Positions 12,550 through 25,300 of a DNA stretch of 64,000 bases are shown piece by piece. The translations under genes were made by a program, and so were the position numbers. Below the pieces are notes generated by a model. It searched no databases, had not been told where the DNA came from, and saw nothing but the letters and a program-made list of their open reading frames with translations. This DNA comes from Phoronis australis (lineage: Eukaryota > Animalia > Phoronida): assembly GCA_002633005.1 (NCBI GenBank), contig NMRA01000269.1, forward strand, positions 1-64,000. The letters are read 5' to 3'. How positions within the stretch are numbered: the first letter of the stretch is position 1; each line of letters begins with the position of its first letter.

Positions 12550-12810
12550 TGGTCACCAACACCACAATCACCTACACCTCTACTTCCACCACCTCCGCCA
12601 ACACTCTTGGCTACTATCGCCAGCGCCACCACCAATCAAGATCACCACCAGCACCAACATTACCTCTGTATCACCACCACCATTATCAATATTACCACCA
12701 CCATCACATCGTCACCTCCTTCATCAAAACCACCACCATAACCATCACCCTCACTACCACCGACACCGCCATCACCATTACCCCCTCCACCGTCAGCAGT
12801 ACCATCGTGA
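12550..12810 (+). repeat. Degenerate (CAC/ACC/CAT)n low-complexity tract in the last intron of copy A
   Basis: Trinucleotide-rich tract. The paralogous tract is at ~19550-19780 in copy B. Confidence 0.85.
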
Positions 12811-13604
12811 AGACCAAAAAAACCCAGCCGAGTCGTGCAATGCGTTGATGCTAAGAATGCCACTGCAATCTTTTACAGTTTCTGGTACATGCCACATGAA
12901 TTGGTGGGATTACGTAGAGGTCCAGCTGCGCGTTGGGGCGTGCACCGGGTTACTGATAGGGAATGCGCAAACATGCTACAACAGCGGGTGTTCGATTACC
13001 ATTGAGGAGCATTAGAAGAACCAGGAAACGAAGAGGCTTTTCAACTTTACCGTGTGAAGATGGGTTTTCATTTCAATAAAACGATTTGCCTTGAAATATA
13101 TTTTCTTGGTTTAATCCCGAATCAATCCATTATTATCTAATAGCTACTGCACTATGGCACCACCATGAGGTAACTTAGTACATGGAACTAAGGTTTACCT
13201 GGACTGTGGTACATTGAGGAGCTTTCCTGCAAAAAGTCAAACTAAGTGTGCATTACAAGCGTCTTAGGGTATGAAAAGTGCAAATAATGTCTTGTCCATT
13301 CTTGAGTGGAGAAATCGCTGATTAAATTTATACTTGTACTGAAACAATTCAAATGATTTGACTTAAATTTATGCATAATAACGAAAGCTCTTACTCTCAA
13401 CGTAAATTGAGTTCCAGATTTCTAATAAGACACTTCATCATCATATTAATATGTGACGGAACTAATTTGAACATATTTTTATGTGAATACGACACACAGA
13501 CCGAAAAGAAATACAAAGAGGCATACAGACATAAAAGGGTAGAAAGATGAATATATTGTGTTGCTTTAATATCTAAAAAAACAGTGCATCAGCATCAGGC
13601 CGGT

Positions 13605-15282
13605 GGTTCAACAGTAATGTTAAACGGGCAATCCGCACAAGAAACAGACTTTACAGCTCTTTCAGAAGATCTAACAACACTATAATCTACAACAGATACA
13701 AGGAGCAGTCACGTCTGGTTGAAACTTTAGTAAATCAAGCCAAAGCTGATCACCGACACAAGCTCTTTCAACAAATTAACAGCGCAAGCAAGAATTCCAA
13801 AGAATACTGGAACATCATCAATAAAATACGCGGCAGTCAACAGCAATCCTCCTATCCTGTCATCAACTATAATGGTAACCTAGCCTCACGTAGTAGTGAC
13901 AAGTGTGATTTGTTTCTCAAATTTTTCACGAACAAAAGCCACATTACACCAACTGAAGTAAGTAACTTTCCCTTTCTTCGTGAACGTTGTCTCAATCAAC
14001 TGTCTGACATCCCGGCTAATCAAACTGATGTCCGGAAGTATCTCAATGAAATTGACCCCAATAAGAATGATGGCACAGCTTTAATAACCAGCAAGATGAT
14101 CAAAATGATTGCCAACNNNNNNNNNNNNNNNNNNNNNNNNNNNNNNNNNNNNNNNNNNNNNNNNNNNNNNNNNNNNNNNNNNNNNNNNNNNNNNNNNNNN
14201 NNNNNNNNNNNNNNNNNNNNNNNNNNNNNNNNNNNNNNNNNNNNNNNNNNNNNNNNNNNNNNNNNNNNNNNNNNNNNNNNNNNNNNNNNNNNNNNNNNNN
14301 NNNNNNNNNNNNNNNNNNNNNNNNNNNNNNNNNNNNNNNNNNNNNNNNNNNNNNNNNNNNNNNNNNNNNNNNNNNNNNNNNNNNNNNNNNNNNNNNNNNN
14401 NNNNNNNNNNNNNNNNNNNNNNNNNNNNNNNNNNNNNNNNNNNNNNNNNNNNNNNNNNNNNNNNNNNNNNNNNNNNNNNNNNNNNNNNNNNNNNNNNNNN
14501 NNNNNNNNNNNNNNNNNNNNNNNNNNNNNNNNNNNNNNNNNNNNNNNNNNNNNNNNNNNNNNNNNNNNNNNNNNNNNNNNNNNNNNNNNNNNNNNNNNNN
14601 NNNNNNNNNNNNNNNNNNNNNNNNNNNNNNNNNNNNNNNNNNNNNNNNNNNNNNNNNNNNNNNNNNNNNNNNNNNNNNNNNNNNNNNNNNNNNNNNNNNN
14701 NNNNNNNNNNNNNNNNNNNNNNNNNNNNNNNNNNNNNNNNNNNNNNNNNNNNNNNNNNNNNNNNNNNNNNNNNNNNNNNNNNNNNNNNNNNNNNNNNNNN
14801 NNNNNNNNNNNNNNNNNNNNNNNNNNNNNNNNNNNNNNNNNNNNNNNNNNNNNNNNNNNNNNNNNNNNNNNNNNNNNNNNNNNNNNNNNNNNNNNNNNNN
14901 NNNNNNNNNNNNNNNNNNNNNNNNNNNNNNNNNNNNNNNNNNNNNNNNNNNNNNNNNNNNNNNNNNNNNNNNNNNNNNNNNNNNNNNNNNNNNNNNNNNN
15001 NNNNNNNNNNNNNNNNNNNNNNNNNNNNNNNNNNNNNNNNNNNNNNNNNNNNNNNNNNNNNNNNNNNNNATATTTTTGTTTTTATATATCTGTAATAGCA
15101 TGTCTAAGTATTGGAATACTTATTTTAGATACTACTTAATTGTATATACCTCTATGTATATAAGTTTCATTTATGAATTGTTTACAACCCAGATATAATG
15201 CTTCGCGGTTTCTGGGTTTGTTATTATTTCTTTGTATGTTCTGTGTATCCTTCAATAAATATATATCACAGTGAAAAAAAAA
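13605..15282 (+). mobile_element. 5'-truncated young LINE (CR1/L2-group-like) with poly(A) tail and 14-bp TSD
   Basis: AGCATCAGGCCGGT flanks both ends (13591-13604 and 15283-15296). Uninterrupted ORF2-like frame WFNSNVKRAIRTRNRLY...NSKEYWNIINK...KCDLFLKFF...VRKYLNEIDPNKNDG runs into the gap. AATAAA at 15254 and an A tail. Confidence 0.85.
14117..15069. other. Assembly gap (N run) inside the LINE
   Basis: Run of N. Confidence 1.
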
Positions 15283-16146
15283 AGCATCAGGCCGGTTAAC
15301 CCTTTTAGGAATGGGAGATTTTCAGGAAGTAATGAGGGTTGATCACATGAGGCAGGTGACTCATATTGCCACCTAGTTGTACCAGCGTCGAAATCAGTAT
15401 GGTCAGGACCACGTTGAAGCAAGACTTCACGAGATTATGTGAAATATTGCCGTGTATTTTAAATGAGAACGCGTGATTTTGGTTAGTTTTAGCGGGGTCC
15501 TAGCTTAGGTCCAAGCATTACCTAACTCTACTCAGAAATTGCTTAGTATTCACAGAGGGTGGCACAGGGAAATGATTTGCCTTTATGTAAAGACCATTTT
15601 ACAACGTAAACTGTATGTGAATAGATTTGATGTGCTTTAAGCAAAATTTACAAAGCACCTCATCGTTCTCTAAAAGCCCCAGGTATCTGGTCTCTTGTAA
15701 CCAGGCGCTACATTGCCTTTGAAAGTCTCCTAATTAACCTATCGCCAGTATTTTCAGTGACCAATCAGAACGCAGCATTCTTGACACTTCTTCCTTTCCA
15801 ATCCGCCATTTTACCCGACAAACAAGTTGCAGGAAAATCTTATTCTCTGTCGACTTGCGGAGCTTGTGATTGCTGTGTAACTAGGACAAAATTTGTAGCA
15901 TCCTAATTTGGCACACCAAAGGTTGAAACATTTATGAACATACCTGCGATTGCTGCCCTGTAAACATGAGCAACACAAAACGTTAAAATGCGCCCACGAC
16001 TGATTGCAAACCACTGGCGTAGCTAGAAGTTTTCAACTGTTTGGGTCAAATTTGCAAACCGAGTAACCAACGGCCTGAAGGGAGTTATTTCATCTCTCCA
16101 CTGTAATACACAGTAGACCAATTTTGTCGCTAGAAAATCACTCGTA

Positions 16147-16271
16147 TACACAGGCACACGTGCACAGACACACACGTGCACAGACACACACGTGCACAGA
16201 CNCACACACACACACACACACATACATACATACACACATGCGCGGACACACATGCGCGGACACACACACAC
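16147..16271. repeat. Compound (CA)n microsatellite
   Basis: CACACA runs interspersed with CACGTGCACAGA and CATGCGCGGA units. Confidence 0.9.
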
Positions 16272-19200
16272 GTTATCTAACATAATTGTGTCTTGAAAAC
16301 ATTGCCGTGTGTTACGTGTACATGTATGTGAGGAGTAGGCCAACACTACATTAGGTTCTTTTGATTTTATTTTGCTGTTCTATTTATTTACTAGCTGATC
16401 GCACTTGATTGACGCGACCCATGGGTACAGGCTAGTGATGATGGAATTTGTTTACAATACAATACTAGAAAACATTCCAGGAGAATGACCGGTGGGATCA
16501 GGCTGGGTACGAAGAAAGCGAGGGAAACTACATTTGATTACATTGCAAAGCAGTGAGAGTCTGCCCTGAATGCATTCAGGACATCAGCACTCCTATCAGC
16601 TTCTTATGAAGAGAGCTGGCTACGATCCACTTCTGCACAAAGCCAAACGGAGCTCCAGATTTCCCCATGACGTGAAAACGTTCTTGACGGAAAGTTTGCA
16701 GCTGGACAAATATCTGGCGTCAAGTGTATGCAGTTGTGACTAAAGGGATGGGGTTAACGGAGCATGACCAGAAAAATGTTTCAAATGAGATAGGCTAAAA
16801 GGTTCCCAGATCAGTGGCTTCTCTTCTCGCATGGCTGGTGGTGGAGACGTACACGCAAACGGTGGAAGGGGAATCACAATCTACTATCTGGGTTAATTCC
16901 CAGTTCGTTCTACTGGGAAGTTCTGTCAACACCTTTTTTATTGGTTGATTGACGAGGTTTAAAAATTCACAGTTGATTCTTGATATTGTGTGTTCATACT
17001 TTTTTATTTGTTCAGTACTTTATATCGTCGCATGAGTACATTGTATTGTGAAAAGAATATGAAAAATAGATAAAATATTTGTTCGTTTAATCCTTGCTTC
17101 CGTAAAGGTTAATATTAACAGAAGCGCCTTTTTCGGTCAAGCTTAAGAGGCAACAATCAGAAACCGACAAAATACTGACCAGACAATTATTTTACAGACA
17201 TCATGACTTACAAATTGAAGAAATGCCAGTTCTGTATATTTGAGAAAGACCAAGGTCATTGGATTTAATAATTACATCCTCCAGTAATTTTACATGTTAC
17301 AAGCTCTCACCATAACATGTCACTATATCACCAACCTCTGTAGCAAGATTATTGTTCTGTAAAGAATGTCTTACCTTCACATGTTTTGAATGCTGGCATA
17401 AGGGTCATTACCCGGATGCTCATGTTCAAATAAATGGAAGAAGGACGTTTTATACAAGGGGATATTTTTACTTTCTCGCCAGTTATTAGAGAATTGTTGA
17501 ACAAAGGCAGCTTTTGGGTGCAAACTAATCCATATCATAAATGGCAAAAGAATGATTTATTCACTCAAGATTCGTTTCGTGTGGCCACTGGAGCAGACAT
17601 TGGAAACAGTTCTTTAGGCTAAAACGTATTGCCGCTGAACCAAAGTCCGCACAAATCACAAATAAGAGACGATTTCACAACACACAGCCAAACCTGTTGA
17701 AAAGCAGAAGTTATATGTTTTCTGTATAGCTACATGCTACACTCTGATGTAGTGTATTTTAGGGATTGGGCTGAGTAACTCTGTATTATACACGGAAACC
17801 TCGCTGTATGTTCGTAATCGCGTTTTGTGTTTTGTTGAGGGACCAAAGTTGTCCCCCCCCCCCCCCAGAACCTCTACAGTCATCACCACTTTCACTCTTC
17901 TCCATACCCTTCGTGCTAGTGCGTCATCACTACCAATTTGAAGGGAATGTTGTCACCAGACTACACAGAAAAATCGCTACAGAAGCACAACGGTTCTCCC
18001 CTCCCCCTGATCCCCCTTCGTGGACTTCCGATGGTCCCAAAGCCCTTCAAACTAAAAAAAGCCTTCATGTCCACTTAACGTATGCAAATCGTGATGTTTG
18101 TAGTGTATCTTTTTATAAAACCGCTGTGCTAAACAGCGCAAGGTATGCTCAATAAAAGTACAATGACTAAGCGGGCGAAAGACCAAATTTTTGACTTCAC
18201 TAAACTAGCCCAATACTACCAAATTACAATAATTTCATATTCAGTCATGCTTATCCTTTGCTCGCTTTTTAGTTCAAGATGGTCAAAATCAAAATATCGC
18301 AAAAATTCTTTAGAAAACCTAGTACTTAAATATTAAAATGCTTGTCATGCATATTGAACGTGTTTCTGGATCTTAAGATCAGATGCATTCACAGAAAAAA
18401 TTATTGTTATTCTCAACTTTTAGATGTCTCAATAGTCTTGCAAAGTTGGCAGCCTTTTACTGAAAGAAATGTCAAAAAGCCTTTGTTGAAAGATCAGCAT
18501 AAAAACAAAAACGAAGCTTGTATCAGAAAAAGCGACTTCGTGGATCTCATAAAGTTTCAGGAAAATCTGTTATGATCAGTGTAGCACCCCGTAGGTATTC
18601 TCAGAAATTGCTAATTTAAGTTCAACCTGTAAAGTTACTGTATGCTAAGAAATATAAGCCATCGAACTTTTTAGGAATAACACAATATTTACCTATCTGC
18701 AAAAACCACGATATTTTAAGCGAGATGATGCATGTGTCTCTGCTGTGCGTGCACGTGTTTGTATACATGATGCTTTGCCGTGCTGAAAAGCATACAGTTT
18801 CCTTGATGTCCATGTTATCATTTTGAAAAAGAAATTATTTAAGAAACATGTTATTCCTTAAAGTTACTTCTAGACACAAAGATTGGTGTACTTTACAAAA
18901 ATGAGGAGAGAAGGAACCACACGTCCTGGGCGGTTGCTTAATCGGTTTCCAAATTTGGTGCCACCTGTTGGAAGCTTCTCACTACGACAGTGATTAACAA
19001 TATACCGATCAAAATGTTGACAAAATATATTTTAGCATTTCACAAGTTTTGTGTTACGCAAAAAACGTCTTGTAGTACATGGTGATGCACAAACTTGCTC
19101 GCACTTTTTGCCAGGAACTTCTGTTCAACGTAGCCCATTGAAACACAAGTTCCCGGTACCAAGAATGCTAATGGTGGCGCCGAACTACAATAAGTTATAA

Positions 19201-19319
19201 TATAATAATATTTGTTTCTGGTTTAAACCAAGAAAGCATAGTTCAAGGTAAATGTATTTTATTGAAACGATAACTCATGTTCACATGGTAAAGTTGAAAA
19301 GCAACATTGTTTCTTGGTT

Positions 19320-22300
19320 CTACGACAGCTCCTCAATGAGAACCGAACATCCGCTGTTATAACAAGTTTCAGCATTGCCTGGTATAAGAGCGAAGCACCG
19401 CCCAACGTGCAGCTGGATATTGAAGTATCCAAACCCATTGAACTCGCACATACCAGAAACTGTAAAAATAGATTGCAATGTCATTTTATAGCACATATTT
19501 ATAGCACGATTCTGCCATAAGTAAAGACTGGGATCGTATTGGATTTCATATTGGTAGTGCTGACGATGTAGGTGGTGATGGAGGCGCTGGTGGCGATGAG
19601 GGTGATGGTTATGGTAGTGGTCTCGGTGGTGGAGGTGAATATGAGGTGGGGCTGCTGATATTGGTCATGGTGGCGGAGATTGGGGTGGTGATGGTGGGGC
19701 TGGGGCAATTTTGATTGGTTAGTGGTGGTGCGGCTACAGTGGTAGTGGTGGGGGAGGTGGTGGTGGTGGTGTGATGGAGGTCAAATTCAGCAAAAAGTTA
19801 CGCTAATACTTGGATCAATTCTAAGCTAATAGTAAGAACACCTAGAGAAAAAGAAGTTTTGAACAAAACTACTTACATGCATTACCACGTTGGACAGTTG
19901 CCGTCCCAGGATTCTGGTACACTATGGTGTCAATTGGACCGCGATTTGTGCACTCTTGGCCGTTGAAGGTGAAGTACCAACGATTACAACGAACGCCCGC
20001 TCCTGTCTGATTATGCATACCAAGAACGCCACTCCACGTGACCCGCAGCCAGGAATGACTGTTCATCTTGTTGAAGGACATGCTCTAAAATAATTTTAAT
20101 ACAATTTTTGATTTAAATAAGGAGGTTGCAGAAAAGAAAACACGTGGAAATTCGCAAAAGAAAGTTCGCATTTCTTACACGACTTGTTTTTTAAAAAAGA
20201 CTTGTTTGTCTTGCGATCACTTTGTATGCGTCCTACTTTTCATGCATATTAACGTTATCAACTTTATGCATCGTCGCCAAGGCACACTTTCCTAATAGGT
20301 TGATGAGCAATCTTACTCAAGTATTGCAATGAAATACAACGACTGGAGTGAATTACAGCATTTCTGTTCGCTTTGCCATCTGCTGGCAAGAAGCTGTGTC
20401 TGTACAGCGGGAATGCTAGATAATTTCGTAAAAAGCTAACCCCACAGACCCAATAGAAGAAAGCCATTGACGTACATGGGTGCAATGTTTGCCTCAGATT
20501 TCCAGGCTCCCCTTTTAGAAAACAATGCTGCTCTTTCTCGAAAACTTGTAGTGTGACGATGCCATCATGGAATGACGGCACAGCTACAGCGCCACCGCGC
20601 GACAATAAAAAAATTAAAACGCTAGCAAAAGTTGATAATCATCGACATGGAAAAGAACAATTTTTGTTTTAAAGTCAATATTAAACCGCCTTCTGTCAGA
20701 GAAAGAATACTTGGCACTCTAAAACTGGCCTCAAGGGATAGTGCCGATATGTCAATCAAATAACTTCCATCAGCCAATCAAGGCGCAGGAAATGCAAATA
20801 CTACTTTTGTTCTCTACTTTGGTCCTAACATCTAATCTTGTTAACTCATTGATCCCACAAACTTTCGGTGTTAGTGAAAGTAAGAAAATGGACTTACAAT
20901 GAGCTTGAACTACTTGCAGTGCATATCGACGATTCATGGAGGGCGAACAAGGGAAGGGGGTTGCGGTATATAATAGTATTTGGTAGACATCAACGTATGA
21001 GCTGAATTAACACTCATACCACACTAATACGACAAACTTAACGGTAATGGTAGGGTATAACGTGCCCGAATTTTGAGAACCAGTTTTCTCCACTGAATAA
21101 CGGGCGTCACACTGGTTCTAAAAATACGGGCACGTTATATCCGACCACGATTACAGTCACTCAACAACTTAACTATTCATTCTACGAAGACAAAAACTAG
21201 CATTTTTGAGAGTAATTTACGATAAAACGATAAGAGTTCAAAAAATTCCCACGGGTCAATAGTTAGTTCCATATCAAACTTAAACTCAGCATATGTGCTG
21301 ATGGTGTGGAAGAGAAGCCTAAAACATTTTCGCACTTGATAACCTTTACATTTTAGAGTTACTGACGTACCGTAGATCCATATAAGCGTACTTTTGGAAA
21401 ACGGGTAAAATAACAGGAATGGGTCAATTTTGCAAATTCCGGAAAGAAAATGAAAACTTAAATTTGAAGATTTGGGTTCCTTAAAAGTCAGTTTACAATA
21501 TTTTCAGAAACCCTAAAGCAACTCGGGTAGGTAATTCCAGAAGTACTTGTTGTTGGTCCCAAAAGTGGTCCGGTATCGGAAAGTATAAAGGACATGTTGC
21601 CGGTATGTGGAGAGCAACTGTAATAGTCTTATGTGTGCGGATAAAAAGAAACGAAACATACGCTGGTTTCTCTTTGACACGTTCTGCGTTTACTCGTAAA
21701 ACTACAGTTTTTTGTGAATATTTTAAAGTTGCAAATTCCTGTTGCATTTGGTAAAAGACGAATAACATTATCAATCGATATTTCATTTTGCAAACTGAAA
21801 AATGTGCACGATCAAGACAGCATTTGTAAAAATGTTTTGTCTTAGAGTAAAACCCCGAAATTGAGCGCATACGCCTAATTGTGGAGCTGCGCCCAATTGC
21901 AGGGCGCACGGCGCATGAGCCTATACTCGGGACATTTGAGTAGAAAAATGTTGCGAAACTTAAAAGTCTGCATAAAACTTTAGCTACGCTATTCCTGTAA
22001 TACTAACATATATTCTACGGCTGTACTTCACTTTTCGCCTCGCAAGAAATGATGTGTGGGAGCAAGGTTAGTCCGTGTACGAGTGACGAAATATGTCCGC
22101 ACCAGGCAACACGTTTGGACGGAAGCAGGAAATGTGCGCCCATAAGAAGACGTTAGCGTTCCAGAGAGAGCTCTACACGGGCAGGGAAATCTGGGTTACA
22201 TGAAGTAACGCCCTGTCCGCTTTCTCAGATGGTTAGTGCAGCGGATACCCTGGTGATAATTGTACCATGTCAAACATTTGCATGATTTTGAAAGCCATGG

Positions 22301-25300
22301 AAGTTTGGCGGTGTCTTTCCTTTTGTTCATTGATAGGATCACTAAAGCAAAACACCCAATCAGACAAGTTCAGACAGTTGCTCATTGTCGTTTTAAGTTT
22401 CCTAAAAAGCGTCCAAGGCCCATTTTTGCCTGTAGCTATCGGTCATATTTCAGAATATCCCCAGAATCCGTCAAGAGCACAGATAAGGAAATTGTCGGTA
22501 GGAAAGCAACTGACAGTTAACATGTAATTCGTGAGGCGGTATGGTTCAGAAAAAACTGCACGATTGGACGTTTTACTGTAAAATCCAGCATTTAACTTCG
22601 TAAGAGATGAATGAATGGCAAAAACAAAAACAAAAATAAGACGGGCCTTAAAACTGAGGCGACGGCCTTATATTCGAATTTAAGGCCATTACTTCACCTA
22701 CGTGCTTATTGGCTTAACGGCAGAATATTAAGGTAACTTCGGCGTATTTCCGTACCTTTTGCGGTTATACAAAATGCATCACTGGATTGAAACAGTTTAA
22801 TAGAACAAATTTTATTTACAGTAAGCCCTATTCATGCACCAGTACAAAGACACATTTATAGAGAGATTCTACCAAAACAGGCCCCAAACGCGTGCTAAAG
22901 TGAATATTTTTCCACTAGAAGCAGTAACTTCGAATTTCTCAGAATTTTATATTTTAAGCACATGCTGATGTTGAAGGTTTTTAAATGTTAAATGTTCTCA
23001 GCTGTGTGCCACTTGTTTTGATGACGACCGTTGAATTTAGTGCAACGAAACACGAGAAGGCGTGAAATGATGTTTGCAGATGGCAAGCGGTTGAGCTGAC
23101 AAGAAACTCTAGTTGAGAGAAAAATCTTGCAGCTACTATGAATTCGAGCACTTAAGGTGCTGGAAAAATATGCCGTCAACATCTAAGCAAACCTGATGTG
23201 CCTTTCCAAACTGAAAAAAAGCGCGCTGCTCTTTGAAATACATCCGTTGGTCGTGAAATCGACACACCGCCGAAAAAAAAACTGGTAAGTAGCGATGAAC
23301 AACCCTTTGGGTAGCGCGTGCTACAGCGTTTGATCGCAACAGAATTGTTCGGGTTCCTAACTAAATAAACAATAGCAAACATTTGGGGAGGACCAGTCTG
23401 CATATAAACGCGTAACAAGTTACGGATTACTAAACCCAAAATGGTGCATGTTTATGTATGTAAATATAAATGCGTGAAATGGTTTCATTTTGAGATTACT
23501 AATACGTAACGCGCGTACTTTTCAGCCGTATGCGATAAGGCGTGGCGACCATAACCGAAAACGACTGCAGACAAGGTCAAAGCGACACTGCCGCTATTAT
23601 CTCCCAGCAATTGCATGAGTTGGTTGTCTGAAAATGTCACTGGGAGACAGCCAGTCTCCGGAACACACTGCTAGTAAGCTTTCTTGTTGCTTCTGAAGTT
23701 TGTCTTTCGCATATACTTGAAAATCCGACAGTATGTAGCAATGCAAGTCAGTTCAACGATGGAAATCCACTCTTACCACAGGCGCGCAAATTTACCACGA
23801 AGGTGAAAAATTCGGCAACAACTCGGCTTAACGGTCTACGCATTTACAGGCTTGAATCTAGTGATGGTTCGCGTACAGCTGCGAACCATAACCGCTGCAA
23901 CATCGGATATATATCAGTTTTAAACCAAATAGTGTTACTTTCATCTTGAAATTAAGAGAGGGTCCCTTTTTGGTTGAACAAGCAATTTCTGTTCCCCTGA
24001 CGTTATTGTAAAATTCAAGTCGTTGTAACAATTTGGGCCTCTACTAAATGGTACAGGCCCAAATTGACATACGCAAAAGTGGTCGTGACAATTTGGAGAA
24101 ACTGTGACGCCTTGGGCGTTGAGCGTTGACCGAAATTGTCACAATTTTGAAGTTGTGACAATTTGTGCCTGCACAGGATTCCTATTCACTTCTTCTTGAG
24201 AAAATAATACAAACTGTCTAGGAATAAACATAATGTCAGTATTCATCGAATGATTTTGGCTCATGTAGAACAGCATATTTGCTACAATGCCAAAGAACTA
24301 TAATCCAAAAATTAAACAGATACCTACCGCAATGACACCATTGTCCACACCAGACGACCAAGCCCGATACCAGTAGTAGTAGCGTCTGTTACTGTAACCA
24401 CGAAATACAAGTGTATGGATGATTGTAGAAAACGCTGATCCAGAAAGGATGCAGACACTATCTCAAATGTGCATTGTGCATTTGAAGATAACCCCCCTTT
24501 AGTTGGGAATTTGTTGGCAATACTGTATTACAAACTCCTCTCGTCTCCAACGAATTATGACTCTACAGTAGGGATCTCGTTTTTCGAAAATTTGACAAGT
24601 TACATCAGGCAAAATTATATATTTGCAGTTTCAATTGGACTTTTTCCTTGTGAAGATTTCAAGACGGCTGTTTTGTAAGCAGAACTACAACGGGTGGTGA
24701 ATCAGTGGCGTAACGTAAGTCTCGATTTCAAGAGATAGCATTTATGAAGATTCGCTCATGTTTGGACGTTGAAAATAAAAACTTACCTGAACCTGTGGAT
24801 CTTTGTATTAAGTTCCTGGAGTAGATAAACAATATTGACTATCACGGATGGAATAACTTTATTAGAGGTCAGAAGACGGGTTTGAAAATGTTTTCGTCCA
24901 ATCTTAACTGTTATTTTTTATTCCAAGGCGAGTCTGCGGCATCACAAACGCGGCCATTTTAGCGGATCATTTTGTTTGAAATAAACCTAAGATCTTTGCG
25001 AAGTGTCCGCTAAACTTCATTTTGTCCAACCTTTAAGATCTATAAAAAAGCTTCTTGTTGTCAGATCATAGATCATGGTTGTTAGATCGAAGCAGAAAAC
25101 AACTGTTACACTTGAACATGCGCTCAGTTTTAGAATGAACCAAAAATTGTATTTCTTAATACGGCACTTTACCGTGTATAATGTGTCATAACTTGTTCTG
25201 AATTAAGAAGTTGAAATTATTATCTAATCTATCAACTGTCGACAGTCTAGCAAGAAACAAGAATTAGTCATCAGGATATGTTATCTTATGTAAATTTATG

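Larger units (their letters stand above)
5478..13015 (+). pseudogene. CTHRC1-C-terminal-domain secreted protein, copy A; probable pseudogene or null allele
   Basis: Exon 5478-5574 encodes a signal peptide (MSCWLKLLSAVVLALLVVDSKFANADCCCGTG, GT donor). Exon 12001-12192 encodes RCNRWYFTFNGQEC but has a 13-nt deletion near 12034 relative to copy B. Exon 12879-13015 reads FSGTC...VGAC...GNAQTCYNSGCSITIEEH-stop, with AATAAA at 13075-13080. The three small middle exons were not found and may lie in the gap. Confidence 0.75.

Noticed and set aside
12508-12863. His/Thr/Pro- or Gly-rich ORFs resembling mucins or metal-binding proteins
   Set aside because: They derive from an intronic trinucleotide tract between two real exons.
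14100-15139. Long ORFs spanning the second gap
   Set aside because: Poly-X from Ns. Only the LINE frame before the gap is real.
20264-20605. 113-aa ORF containing KGEPGN as a possible collagen exon of the CTHRC1-like gene
   Set aside because: Only one to two Gly-X-Y triplets, no good donor, the frame is not conserved in the paralogous 11500-11820 region, and the gene model closes in frame without it.
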